From: Octopus sinensis
Lineage: Eukaryota
Assembly (NCBI RefSeq): GCF_006345805.1
Contig: NC_043002.1
Location: forward strand, 44,764,001-44,828,000
Length of the DNA stretch: 64,000 nucleotides
Direction of reading: 5' to 3'
Positions 13,411 through 29,750 of this stretch are shown here, piece after piece. The notes beneath the pieces were generated by a model. The model was not told where the DNA came from, searched no databases, and worked only from the letters and a program-made list of their open reading frames with translations. The first letter of the stretch is position 1; every line of letters begins with the position of its first letter. A program made the position numbers and the translations under genes.

Positions 13411-14378
13411 ATATTAGGTCGTCCTATTTTCGTGATTACACTATTTTCCTTTCTATGATGTTCTACCCTACTTATCATATTATGTATATTTGTAGTGACT
13501 TTACTAAAGTAAGTCTTCTTTCGACTAAATTATATATCCCCAAGAAACTAAAACATTATACATACAATAGCACCTGTAACATTACAACTTATAAAAATTT
13601 CTTCGGTCTGAAAACCTTTAACTGCCCTCACTACGCCCTTACTTATTACCCGCTCTTTTCGGGTTATCTTTATCTCTTCTTATCTCAAATTTTAATACTC
13701 TGTCTCTTTAAATGTAGGTTATGTGTATTCCTTACTATTTTCTATAAATTCTTATTAGTTTATTTTCTTATTTTGATATCCTTACCTATTAACCCCTTAT
13801 CCCTTATAAATTGTTACTTTTCTTGTTCTTAAATAGATATTTTTCAGTTACTTAAGGCTATGAGAGATGGTTATACTATATCAATATCAACGTATAAATA
13901 TTTGTGTATGTGTATGTGTGCATGTGTGCACATATATAAATGTGTGTGTAATAATATTTATGACCATACCAGCCATGAGCTGTCAGCTAACTCTTGTCCT
14001 TTATTCATAATATATATAGCCTTCTAGTCTTAGATTTATTAGTTGATAAAGACATAAATGAATTAGAAATGAATTATAATCATTTACAACTCTATGACAC
14101 CAATAGGTTTCATGCGATTCTTGGAAGTGTAGTCTATTCTGAGCTACAATAGCGACAAAATGAATTGCTTCCATCTTCTTGGTCTGTTAAAATATTTGAG
14201 ACAAATTATATTAATGTGTCCGATTAGTTAAAATTCTATTTATTTATCAATGCAGCTGAAGATGGCACTACATTTAAATCGATGTAATGATTGCAATGTT
14301 CATTTAAATGGAGCTGCCTGAAACGGTTGTAATGAATCACTACTTCATATCCTGTTGCTTATTTTGATTATATATAAA

Positions 14379-14424
<46 letters not shown>

Positions 14425-14462
14425 ATATATATAATATATATATAATATATATAATATATATA

Positions 14463-14512
<50 letters not shown>

Positions 14513-14530
14513 ATATATATATATAATATA

Positions 14531-14629
<99 letters not shown>

Positions 14630-16050
14630 CAAATATATATATATATGTAAAGCAAATAGGAGTGTTGCTGATTTTTACTGTAACCACTTTCAAACGCAAA
14701 ATTATGTTTTTTCTCTCCTGCAAGGAATGGCAAAATTCCTTTTTTTCTTTTGTCTTCTCACTCTGTAAAAATACACGCCAGGATAACAACTGTAAAAAAT
14801 ATCTAAGCATAGCAATTTTAGAGTTTTGCCTTGTTGGTAGCTTTCTGTTTATTGAAATTTCTAAAGAAAGTACCACATCATCACAAGCAAGAAGAAAATT
14901 ATATATTCTGTGTTCCATAAGCAAGGAAAATAAGATAATTTGAGGGAGGTCAGACGTGGAAAGTTAGTATCTGTATTACTGGTGTCAGTTACCTGAGTGA
15001 CAACAGCAAAACTAAAGACAACAAAAGCTGTAGCACCACAGGGCACGGTCTGACTATATATTTATATTCTATTTCAGATACTTTCTACAACGGGTGCAGT
15101 AGGTTACTCATAGCATGTTTTTAGTAATAAACATACACGATGACACAGATACACACATATAAACACACATTCATATATACATACATACAGATATATAAGC
15201 TCATATATGTGTGAGTATGTTGCGTATACCTATACATACATACGCATATTTGTACATAAATCTGTGAGTCGATCAGGTCATAAACTTTTGCAAATGTTGC
15301 AAGATCAAATTCACGTAAAAAAAAGATATGAAGAAATATCCAAATATGTCGACATTCATTCACACGCTGCCGACTCTACTGATGTTGAAATAAAGAAACA
15401 GTTATGAACATAAAATCACAGAATCCTGAAACAATAGAACGATATATTACGAATTCTCAATAACTGTACAGATAGGTAATCTTGTAGAAGCTGTCTCAAG
15501 AGAGTGCCCTACTCATAGATTTCTCAGTAAAGTTGTGCGAAGGAAATGGTACAAGAAAAGAGTATATATACTGTCAATCCAGACAAGTTAAAATTACTGA
15601 CAATTCTTGGAATTTTTTATACGTGTTCATCTGAAAAATTTCATTTTTGCGACAATGGTGATGCTTCAGTTCGTATTATACTAAGGCAAACAAATGTAAC
15701 TCTACGAAAAGAATCCCAAAATCCAAAACATTTCGTAGATATATCCATTTACTAGCTTCATTTTTCAGCAACAAGATTATTTTTATACCATCTGTTTTTT
15801 TTTCTTGTGTTTTTTTGTTGCATAAAATTTTGAGTTAAAGTCTTTACAATTAATCTCCTCAAGTTATCATACTCTCTATATCTATAGCTACAGCAGGTGT
15901 GGTTATAGCTGTGAGATCAAAGTCACTTGTCCTAGACAATATTAGTGTAAATACACACACACACACACACACACCAATAGCACAAAAGAGATGTCAGTAA
16001 CCCGAGTCGATCCTTACAAAATACCGCTTTGCGTCGATTAGGAAAAAATA

Positions 16051-17331
16051 TTAGGTCGTCAAGTATGAAATTTGTAGAAAAGAAAAAGTTTGCTTATGTT
16101 TTATAAATGCATGTAATAGTTTTATTTATCAAAGTATGCACCCATATTGTCAATACACTTTTGCCATTTCAGCGGTAGCTTTTCCAGCTTGGAACTGTAG
16201 AAGTCTGGCAATCTAGAGTCAGTAAAATCTTGGAAGGCCTGTTTTACAGCATTGTCGGAATTGAATTTTTTCTATCAAAAAGTTATCCAAATTCTGAAAG
16301 AAGTGATTCTCAGTGGGGGCAAGATCAGGTGAATGTGGTGGATGATGGAGAACTTCCAACTCCAACTCCTGTAGTTTCGCCAATATCATTTTTGCAATGT
16401 GTGATCTGACGTTGTCTTGCAATAAAATAAGAGTGGATCTGATGACTAATCTAGGCTGTTTTTTTTGTGTTTTTTTTGTAAGTTTCTAGATCATTTGGTC
16501 CGGTTGGCTGTAGCATACTTCGGCTGTGATTGATGAGTCAGGTTTAATGAAATCATAATGGAACACACCTGCGCCAGACCACCAAACACACACCATCAGC
16601 TTCTTTTGAGGAATTTTGCTATTTGGACTGTGTTTTGGTGGCTCGTCTTTGTCCAACCATTGTGTTGAGCGTTTATGGTTGTTGTATTGGATCCATTTCT
16701 CATCACATGTTACAATTCGATTCAAAAATGATTCATTTTTATGACGAGAAAGTAATATAACGCAGGCTTCCAAACGTTGCTGTTTCTGATTTTCATTGAG
16801 TTCATGTGGAACCCACTTATCCAAATTTTTCACTTTACCGATTTGAACTAGGTGAGTCAATATTGTTTGCTTGCTAACACCAAATAACAACAATAATTCA
16901 AGGGCACTTTGAGATAGATCTGACTCGACGATGGCTTTCAGTTCGTCATTATCCACCTTTGTTTCTGGTCGAGCACGTTGCTCATTTGTGAGGTCAAAGC
17001 TACCAGAACGAAATTTTGCAAACCAATTTGATACTGTCTGCTGTGTAATAACATTACTCCATTCATATTCCGAGCTGTCTGTGATGCTGCATTTCCAAGA
17101 AAGAACTCATATTTCAAAACTGTATTGATTTGCAACTTATCCATCTCTAAACAAAAATAGCAAAAATCGGTTTATAAACACTCTATAAAGCGCAAAATGA
17201 GTTAGAATAGATAGATGTGTCAGCTTTCTAACAAAAAATAAAGATCGCCAAAATATAAATAATAGCGCAAAATGAGAAGCTGTCAAAGTTTACCATATAC
17301 CTTACTACAGATTTCATACTTGAAGATCTAA
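16051..17331 (-). mobile_element. Full-length (1281 bp) mariner element with a frameshifted transposase
   Basis: TA-flanked TIRs TTAGGTCGTCAAGTATGAAAT / ATTTCATACTTGAAGATCTAA; ORF pieces contain WVPHEL, TCDEKW, QDN.RSH and HSPDLAP. Confidence 0.95.
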
Positions 17332-17397
17332 TAGAACAAAGAGATAAGGGGAAACTCACTAGAAATAAGATTCTCAAAATGGTACCCAAAACTATCA

Positions 17398-17783
17398 GAG
17401 GCGTGGGTGTGTAGTAAGAAGATTGCTTCCCAACCATATGGTTCCGGGTTCAGTCCCACCGTGTGGCAACTTGGCCAAGTATCTTCAACTATAGCTTCGG
17501 ACCGACCAAAGCCTTGTGAGTGGATTTGGTAGACGGAAAATGGAAGAAGCCCGTCGTATATCTATATATGCATATAACTGTATGTGTGTGCGTGTGAGTG
17601 TGTGTGTCCACCATTGCTTGACAAACCATGATGGTGTGTTCATGTCCCCGTAACTTAGCGGTTCAGCAAAAGATTCCGATAGAATAAGTACTCGGTTTAC
17701 AAAGAATAAGTCCTGGTGTCGATTTGTTCCACTAAAGGCGGTGCTCCATCATGGCTGCACTCAAATGAATGAAGCGAAAAAAA
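17398..17783 (+). mobile_element. tRNA-derived SINE, family B
   Basis: GGTTCCGGGTTCAGTCCCAC B-box region, GGATTTGGTAGACGGAAA body, GATAGAATAAGTACT...CTAAAGGCGGTGCTCC 3' part. Confidence 0.85.
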
Positions 17784-17898
17784 ATAATCAATGTTAATAA
17801 AAAGGAAGGTTTCAACTACGCTACAGAGAGGCAGCTACTCGTTCGCAGTTCCTCAGCTTCACAGTTGTCCTTGTACACAACTGTAAGGTTAATTTAGC

Positions 17899-17960
17899 AC
17901 AGTGGCTCCCAAAGCGGGCGGTAACCCACCCTAGGGGCAGTAGAATGTTTCAAAGAAAGT
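17899..17960 (+). mobile_element. Single hAT/Charlie-like terminus
   Basis: CAGTGGCTCCCAAAGCGGGCGGTAACCCACCCTAGGGG resembles CAGTGGTTCCCAA-type hAT TIRs; no partner end found. Confidence 0.35.
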
Positions 17961-18625
17961 GGTGTTAAAGCATAACACGGTGGCTAAAAGAGGACGATGA
18001 ATGGTAATGCCGGTTCCACATTTTTTAATGATACACTCAGGTTCAGGAAATAGTGTTTAAAAATTGATCTGAAAACAGTTGCTTGTTTTCTTAAAATAAG
18101 AACGGAAGAAAAAAAATTTTTTAAGAAGTCGATCTGAAAAAAATTACTCGTTTTCTTAAAATAAGAACAAAACAAAATGAAATTTTAAAATCTCAAGGGT
18201 TTTCTCATGAAATTGGTCAAAAGATTCCGAAGAGAATTGCCTAGAAAGATGAAACGTGTGGCACTGAAAAAACAACTTAAGCAAGTAAAGACGACACGAA
18301 CAACAGCATCAAGAAGAAAAGTATATATATATATATATATGTACGTGTGTGCGTTATATATGCGTGTGCATATGTGTGTATACATATATGAACACTTATA
18401 TATATAAACATATATATATATATGCATACATATATATACATGCACACACATGTGTGTGCGTTGTATGTGCCTATGCGTATGTGTGTACATGTGTAAATAC
18501 ACATGCATTTATGAAAATTTATATATATAAAGATATATATATATTTATATAAATACGAATAAGATCGTTATTTAAATACCGATCTTATCAGGTGGCCAGC
18601 ATGGGAATAAAAAACTTCAAAGATA

Positions 18626-18979
18626 ATAATTATTATTAAAATTATAATTTAGGCCATCTAAGAGATACCAACACGCTGGAAATAGCAGCCAAAACTTAAC
18701 TCTAAAAGTATTCGTATGTTGTATATATATATTTGCATTTATGTGCTATCTGAGTATATTCCACTGATGAAAGCAGAGCATTTCTTATGCAGAGCCAGAA
18801 ATCCGGGATCTGAAATTATGCAGTATTTTTTTTTTTTTTGCTAGTTTATTTTCTATCTCTGTCTTCTCTCCTGGTGCTGTATGAACAGTTAATATGCTTT
18901 TAGAGTTAAGTTTTGGCTGCTATTTCCAGCGTGGTGGTGTCTCTTAGATACTCTAAATTATAATTTTAATAATAATTAT
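18626..18979. repeat. Fold-back element with ~85-bp inverted arms and a degenerate hammerhead-like core in the loop
   Basis: 18626-18710 is the approximate reverse complement of 18897-18979; CTGATGA at 18764 and GAAA at ~18798. Confidence 0.7.
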
Positions 18980-20268
18980 GCATACATATATATATATATA
19001 TGTGTGTGTGGGTGGGTGTGCGTGTGTGTGTCTGTCTGTGTGTGTGTGTGTGTGTGTATGTATTAAATAAACAGAATGAGATTAAAAAAATCCAAGGCTG
19101 TGAAAGATTGTAGAACATTTATAAAGAGGTCTTACAGTTGTTTCCGGGATATTTTATATATCCCTTCATCAGAGACGGTGCGAGAAAATGGTTAAGCAAT
19201 AGTTATTATAGAGAAGATATGAAATACAGAGTGAAGTGGAGGAATGAAAACAGACGTAAGATACGTAAGGATATTGTATCTACACTTCCATTATTTAAGC
19301 AGAATGGTATGTACATATAAGTTACCTGTAGCTTGTGTGTGAGTTCCAATGGTATTTATAATTGGTCATTTCAAGCGTATAGTCTTGTAAATGGTGTTAT
19401 TCGATCGAGAGTTTTTTTTTTTTTTTTTTGAAGTGAGTTAAAAGTTGGGAATGTATTTGTGAGTTCAAATCAAAAGGGGGAAGAGAGAGAAAATAAAATA
19501 AAAGGGAGAGAGATAAGAGAAATCAAGAGTGAGAAAGTCTACTGGCTAGTGGTCACTCCGGATAAATTGATAGAAGGAAGAGTGGGGTGAGGGTGAGAGA
19601 GGGTAAGAGATGAGAGGGTAAAGAGTAAAAGAGTGTGAGGTATGTTGTGACAGAGCCTAAGTAAAGGGTAGAGAGAGGTGCAGTAGGGGTAGTAAAATGG
19701 TGGAATAAATAATTTGGGAATATAGGTTAGGTTGCTTAAAAGACAGGCCAGTGAGTAGTAGCAGAAGATGCATAAGCATGTATATATTCAAACATGTATA
19801 TACACATTTACACACATCGACATATATATACGCATTCAAAAATCTTGTATATTACATGAATTCACGTATATACACGCTCATTTTTGTATATATAAAAATT
19901 CTTGCATACATAGAAGCATGCATGCAGCCTCGCACATGTGTATAAATGTATGTGAATGTACACATATACACACGCACATACGCATATACACGTACACACG
20001 GAGAGGCAGGTATGTGTAAATATATCAATATCCACACATACTAATATATAAATCCGTGCTTATATAAAATATCCATACCTATAATCATATATGTTCCCAT
20101 GTACCCACTTGCATGCTTATATATGCATACATACACGCGTATATACACGCATAAACATATATACGTACGTATATACATATACACATATACATGTATACAT
20201 ACATACACACCCACATACGTATGCAGATATGCACATATATGCGTATGAACATATACATACGCACATGC

Positions 20269-20329
<61 letters not shown>

Positions 20330-20559
20330 TACACATACATAACGTATACACATAGGTACACATGTACACTTAAACATACGACACGTACTCATACGTATAT
20401 GTATATACACACTCGTATATACGTGTATCTGTATGTGTTATTACATTTGTGCAGGCCTGTACCTATACCACGCATACATACTTACAAACGTACGTGTATA
20501 TATATATATATATATATATATACTAATAAAATTAAATGATTGTGATATTCAAGAATGAA

Positions 20560-20992
20560 AGAGGAATTTGAGGGATTAGGAGTTAAAATGTAGATGTATA
20601 AGGTTATTAGGGATTACCTAAGGGGTATTGTGGAAATATATTGAATGGTCGTTTATGCATTTGGGTTTGTGGTAGAATTTAAAACTGTGAAAAAGGTGAT
20701 ATTTGCATGTGCTTAGTGCATCGTTATATTTATTTAGCAGTGTTGAAGTGTTGTGCTCTAATATGTGAAACGCAACTTTCAGGCAAAGCTTGCAGGTTGA
20801 GCGTTGATCTTGGTAGGGAAGCCCCGACTTCAATATGGGCCATGATAAAGTATCTGGCGTTGCTTGGAATTAAAATGGCATAATTTTTATCGTTTTATTT
20901 ATTCCGGTCATCTAACTGCAGCCATGCTGGAGCACCACCTTTAGTCGAAAAAATCTACTCCAGAATTTATTCTTTCTAAGCTTTATTCTTTC

Positions 20993-21026
<34 letters not shown>

Positions 21027-21700
21027 GTGTCGTGGAGTTTAGTAACAATCCTACAAACACTGAGTAATTTCTCAAAAATCAGGGTTTTTATAATGGCCAT
21101 ACCTGAATTCTAAGAACCATATTTCGTGAAAGAATTCTCTGTGACGAAAGTTTAGAATTTATATATTGGCAGTAATTTTAACCAATGGGATATCAAAAAT
21201 TATGCTTGTTCGGGCAAACGACCACTACGTCATATTGCCGTCTTTTATGACTTGCTACATCTGAATGAGGAGGCTCTCATGTTCAGATGTTTTTTGATAC
21301 GAATGTGTAACGGTCTTGTTGTGCTACCCACATAAAACTTATTGCACTTGTTACTTTGTATTTTATACACAACATTTACCCATTGGCATAAATCTGTGTC
21401 ACAGATGGGGCAGTTTGCTAGTGCGGATTTATTGCTGTCCATTACTCGTTTCTTTGCGAGGTGTCTTCTCAGAAAGGGGCCGGATTGGGCTAATTGTATA
21501 TCTAGTCCTTCTCTTCTTGTGGCTCTTCGGATGCCTGTAGTAATCCTCTCGCTAAAATGGAGTATTTTAAGGAAGCATGTGTTGCTGGGTTTTCTGTGTG
21601 TTCGGCGTCTTTGTCGTCTTGGTAGTTAAGCCGATTTACAATGGATATAGGGTACCCGTTGGTTTTCAATATCTTTAGGAAGCGTGTAGTGTGCATTACC
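20560..21700 (-). mobile_element. Penelope-like element 3' fragment (RT thumb + GIY-YIG endonuclease)
   Basis: ILKTNGYP thumb motif; CPIC...NVVYKIQSNKCNKFYVGSTTRPLHIRIKKH is a GIY-YIG signature. Confidence 0.85.
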
Positions 21701-21811
21701 TGGTCCTCTGTCCTGCTCTGGATGCGTGCAAGTTCATTTCTGGTGTATCACATTTTGGCACCGAGTGGAAGTGCTGAACTGTACTGAACAAACATGTATC
21801 TATATCTACAT

Positions 21812-21848
<37 letters not shown>

Positions 21849-21899
21849 TGATGTAATAGTTTCAGTATTAATAGTTTCACTAAGTATATATAATAAACA

Positions 21900-22980
21900 A
21901 GGGTAGGGCAAAATAATGAAAACACCTTAAAATTACAAACACATTTATTTTGATATGGGATAGGACCGCCTTTGCAGTAATTACAGTTTGAATTTTTCGA
22001 GGTATGTATTCGTACAAAGGTTCAATGTTTCCAAAGGAATTTTTGTCCATTCTTCAGCTAAAACAGTTTCCAGTTCTTGTAGTGATGTTGGTGGAGGATA
22101 TCGACTACTAATGCACCATAACCGTTCAATAATAGCAAGATCCGGGGACTGTGATGGCCAGATAAGATGTTCACGTTCACTAGAATGTACCTCGTGCCAT
22201 TCAGTAACAAATTTAGCTGTGTGATTTGGTGCATTATCATTCTGAAAGATTGCGTTTCCCTCTGGAAACATTTCCGCAAACATAGGATGAATTTTATCCG
22301 ATAAAAGGCTTAAATAGTCTTGACTATTAACCTGCCATGAAGGGAAAACATTGGACTGGTGGATTTCCAATATATAGCCCCTACCCCCATCCCCAGATCA
22401 TCACAGATCCTCCTCATTGTTTAAGAGTTGGAAGAAAGCAGCGTGGGTCAAATGGTTCTTTTGTCTGTCTCCACTCGTATACTCAGCCGGTGGTCGGAAA
22501 TAAGGTAAAGGATGACTCGTCCGAGAAAATAACACTCTTCACTGCTCTACGGATCAATTCTGTAGGTTTTTACTCCACTCTAAACGCTTTGTGCTCTTCC
22601 CGGCAAATAGGTTTTGTGGAAACTGGGTTTTCGAGGTTGTCCTTAAGATCTGCAGTAATTTTGGGAGTTGTACTTTTGTGATCCTTTCTAACAATTCGTG
22701 TAAGAGTTCGACGGTCTCTAAGTGAAAGTTTTGCTTTTCTTCCAGAGTTTTGTTTCGACGAGGAGATTTTTCTCTCTTTCTCAAAGGCTGTCATTACATT
22801 CGAGCCAATACGTCTTCATATACCAAATATTTCGCCTGTTTTCGTTATGCTACCGCCTGCCATACGAGCACTATCAATTTGACCTGTTTTAAAGTTCGAT
22901 AGATCTGTCATTTTAATGAATTTTAATTACTTTTTCTGATGATATCTTACAAGAAACAGCAATTTTAGGAAAACATTAAT
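21900..22980 (-). mobile_element. Second Tc1-family copy, same family as 4109-5261, with its 5' end lost
   Basis: MTAFEKERKISSSKQNSGRK..., IFQNDNAPNH, WPSQSPDLAIIERLW; TIR remnant GGGCAAAATAATGAAAACACC. Confidence 0.9.
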
Positions 22981-23208
22981 ACAGAGATTTTATTGTTTCA
23001 CTTTTGATATGTAATACTGAAATAGTGTAAGAGATAAGAGATTACTCCGGGCTAACTTTAGGCAATAAGTTGAACGTTTGTTTGGCTCTCTGACACTGTA
23101 TGGGCTCTAAGTAAGACATGTGTGAAATCTTTTGGGTAGTTCTCGAGTTTTAATGATGCACACATACAGACACACGCACACACATTCTCAGTTTTATATA
23201 TATAAGCA
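22980..23208 (+). mobile_element. 3' end of a non-autonomous Helitron/Helentron-like element
   Basis: Similar to 38690-39046, ending GTAGTTCTCGAGTTTT...CACACATTCTCAGTTTTATATATATA. Confidence 0.6.
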
Positions 23209-23973
23209 AACCGCTATTATTTATTCCATCAATAGTGAAAACATATTATCTATAATAACCACATAGAAATTAATTAAATATCTTATAATTATTATTCTAA
23301 AATTTTCATAACAATTCAAACATTAAATTGGCTACGCGCGTTTCACGAATAAATATATAAATTGATAATATTAAAATTTAATATTAATGCAATTTTAAAA
23401 TATTTAGCCACTCTTCAGGTCAAAAGAATAACATAAATAAATTTATATATTATAATAAAACAATAAATATATGTATATTAACTGCAAATAATTCAATAAA
23501 ATTTAACAATATTAATGTAAATCAAAAACATCAATCATCTTATTGATGTAAACCTGTTAAAAGAAATTTTAAACTTTAATCTTACAATCTAGCATTAAAC
23601 ATGACGTAAACAATAAATATACAATATATAATTAAATATATTTATTTATTTCTGATTTATATTTATATATATATATATATATATTTCAGCATCTTTTTTT
23701 TTGTCTTCAGGGCCGAAATTTTCATTTTTTCAAAGTTCAGCAAACAGTAGCGAGAAAGAGAAAACACGGGACTAAGGTAGTAATTTATCACGTTGAACAA
23801 AAGTTATGCAATGTCTCCTCTAAAACTACCTTTCACGAATGAGTAATGATATGCGACGCATCATATAACTGATTATGACAGCCGTACTACTCCAGAAAAA
23901 CCAAGAGTGAAGGCAATGGTTGAAGAAAAGATAAATACGATAAACCTGAAAACCCGCCAATGAACAAAATCAG

Positions 23974-24084
23974 ATGAGAACATCGTTTGAAGTTCTAGAT
24001 ATTTATTGCATCTTAATGATTTTAGTAATAATCCCGAATGGTTGTGTTTCGGGAAGGGGATGCAAATGCGACAGGTGTCCGTAG
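23974..24084 (+). CDS. 36-aa sORF MRTSFEVLDIYCILMILVIIPNGCVSGRGCKCDRCP* (signal peptide + Cys motif); likely the 5' end of a disabled secreted-protein gene
   Basis: Manual translation: charged N-terminus, hydrophobic core IYCILMILVII, small residues before a plausible cleavage site; the frame continues Thr-rich past the TAG. Confidence 0.4.
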   Translation: MRTSFEVLDIYCILMILVIIPNGCVSGRGCKCDRCP

Positions 24085-27544
<3,460 letters not shown>

Positions 27545-28075
27545 GTAAGTTTTATTTGAGTGGTGTTCGTGTGTAGTGAGTAATTATGTATGTTACAGCT
27601 TCTTCAAAAATTATTAATGTTATTCTCAAAACCTACGAGGAATTTTGAACAATGAAGCCACCAGAGAAAACAAATTCATATAGAGGGAAGATCAGAGGAG
27701 ATGAGATGTGATAATGCCATTGACGCAGAAAATGAGATAGTCGAGTAACTCCTAGTGTTTGGAGGAGTTTGTGAGGTGTTACTGACACAGCAAAAAAAAA
27801 ACGGAGAGAGAGAAGCATGAAGTCATAATTGCACGTCATTGTTGTTCAGTCTCATGTAAGAGACACTTAGATATGAAACATGCAGTGTAACCTAAATAGT
27901 ATAAAATGTTTTAGATGTAAAGAGTGAAACATTTGTGTTGGCAAGTAGATTCCAGCTGGCATCGAAATCCCCGGATTTCGGCGTACTCGAAAGAAAATTG
28001 TGAAACGGAATTATAATATCATACAACCTCACTTAGCAAGATATTCGCGCTCGAACATAACTAAATATATTTAAG

Positions 28076-29346
28076 ACTAGCAAACTCACCCGTCCTTTGG
28101 GCGGTTTAAGTTGCTTTCATGGTATTTTTTTCACCAAATAATTGAACTACCGAGAAGGTTTATGTGTAGCATGGCAATCTGTTTCCGATTAACCTAGGAA
28201 CGGAAAATCAAATTGAAAGCTGGTTATTGTGGAGGTCGTTGCACTTTGATTATCATAGAACATATAAATTTGCAAGCGATGTAAAGTAGAGCTACTGAAG
28301 TGTTTTGGGAGTAGATTATGGATAATGACTACAAAATATAGTTGTTTTACATGAAAGCGAAATTTCTTGTCAGAAACAGCCACATAAATGGTGTAAGGAA
28401 ATTGAAGGAATGTGTTGAAACTTCCCCTCTGCGAGTTTATTTTTTTCAACAGCAAAGGGAGCTATTTTTTTCGGAGAGAAAAGCTAACAAAAGACCCTTT
28501 ATTCTCCCCACATAGCGTGCACATAAATTAACAGCGAATGCTGCATAAATTTAAATTGGTAAGGAGCTTCCTGAAAGATACGTATAGCTTTCGCTAGTGG
28601 AAGCAAAACTCTTATTTAAATGTTGATTCTTTGGTACGAATCATATGTGAGTGTTTAAAACATGCAAGAATGACAATGCTAAAACCTATTTAAAACAATG
28701 AACAGCAGTCGAAATATCATAATGGCTGGGTAAAGAAGCATCCTTAAAGTGAAACAACGGTATCAAAGGTAAAAAAAAAAGGTATCAACAATCAGAAGAG
28801 AGGGAAGGCAACAACACCTTTCAAGTAACTCAGAATAGGTAAAGGTAAGCTTGCCAATGTTTAATGCAGTTTCATTATGTAGATTAAGATAGTTTGGTAT
28901 TGGATATTCATCACGTATACTTGGACAGCAGAAATAAATAGACGAAATCCTTTCACTTTTATAAAAAGATTAAAAAGTAAATGAGGGCAAAAAGCAATCG
29001 TTTTTTCACAATTAAGAATCGTTTCCTAGTAGCCGATATTTCGCAACAAAATGTATGTTTATTAAGCACAACAGCCTGCAGTGCATGCAGCTGGGCATTA
29101 AAAGCCAATCGCACAAACTTAGAGAAGCCCTGGGCCCCCTAGAATCGATAAAAAATCATTCATTTTGCCATAGTAACCACATCTTTATAGCTTGCAGATT
29201 TTAACTATCGCGGGTCTCATCCTCACCACGCATTTAGTATCCCTGCCAATTTTCAGCTCGATCCTAGCCTCGGTTTGGCCGCCATTAACCGTCAAAGCAA
29301 AATGTGCATACAATTTTCGTCCAAGGACTGTTTTATAGATATAGAT
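28076..29346 (+). mobile_element. Non-autonomous Helitron/Helentron-like element (Lep1/DINE-1-like termini)
   Basis: 5' ACTAGC...ACCCGTC with a small subterminal hairpin; 3' ...TTTTATAGATATAGAT; same 5' motif at 37351. Confidence 0.5.
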
Positions 29347-29355
29347 AAGAGGACC

Positions 29356-29750
29356 TAAAATTCAATAATATAATCTTTTCTACTCAAGGTACAAGGCCCG
29401 AAATTTTGGGGGAGGGGGTCAGTCGATTAGATCGACCGCAGTACGCAACTGGTACTTAAGTTATCAACCCCGAAAGGATGAAAGGCAAAGGCGACCTCGG
29501 CGGAATTTGAACTCAGAAAGTAAAGACAGATGAAATACCTATTTCTTTGCTACCCACAAGTGGCTAAACACAGAGGGGTCAAACGGATTAATTCGATTAC
29601 ATCGTCCCCAGTGCGTAACTGGTACTTAATTTATCGACCCCGAAGAGATGAAAGGCAAAGTCGACCTCGGCGGAATTTGGACTCAGAACGTAGCGGCAGA
29701 CGAAATACCGCTAGGCATTTCGCCCGGCGTGCTAACGATTCCGCCAGTTC
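29356..29750 (-). mobile_element. Family A SINE, long variant with a duplicated core
   Basis: Two GAAAGGCAAAGxCGACCTCGGCGGAATTTG cores; head CCCGGCGTGCTAACGATTC. Confidence 0.85.
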
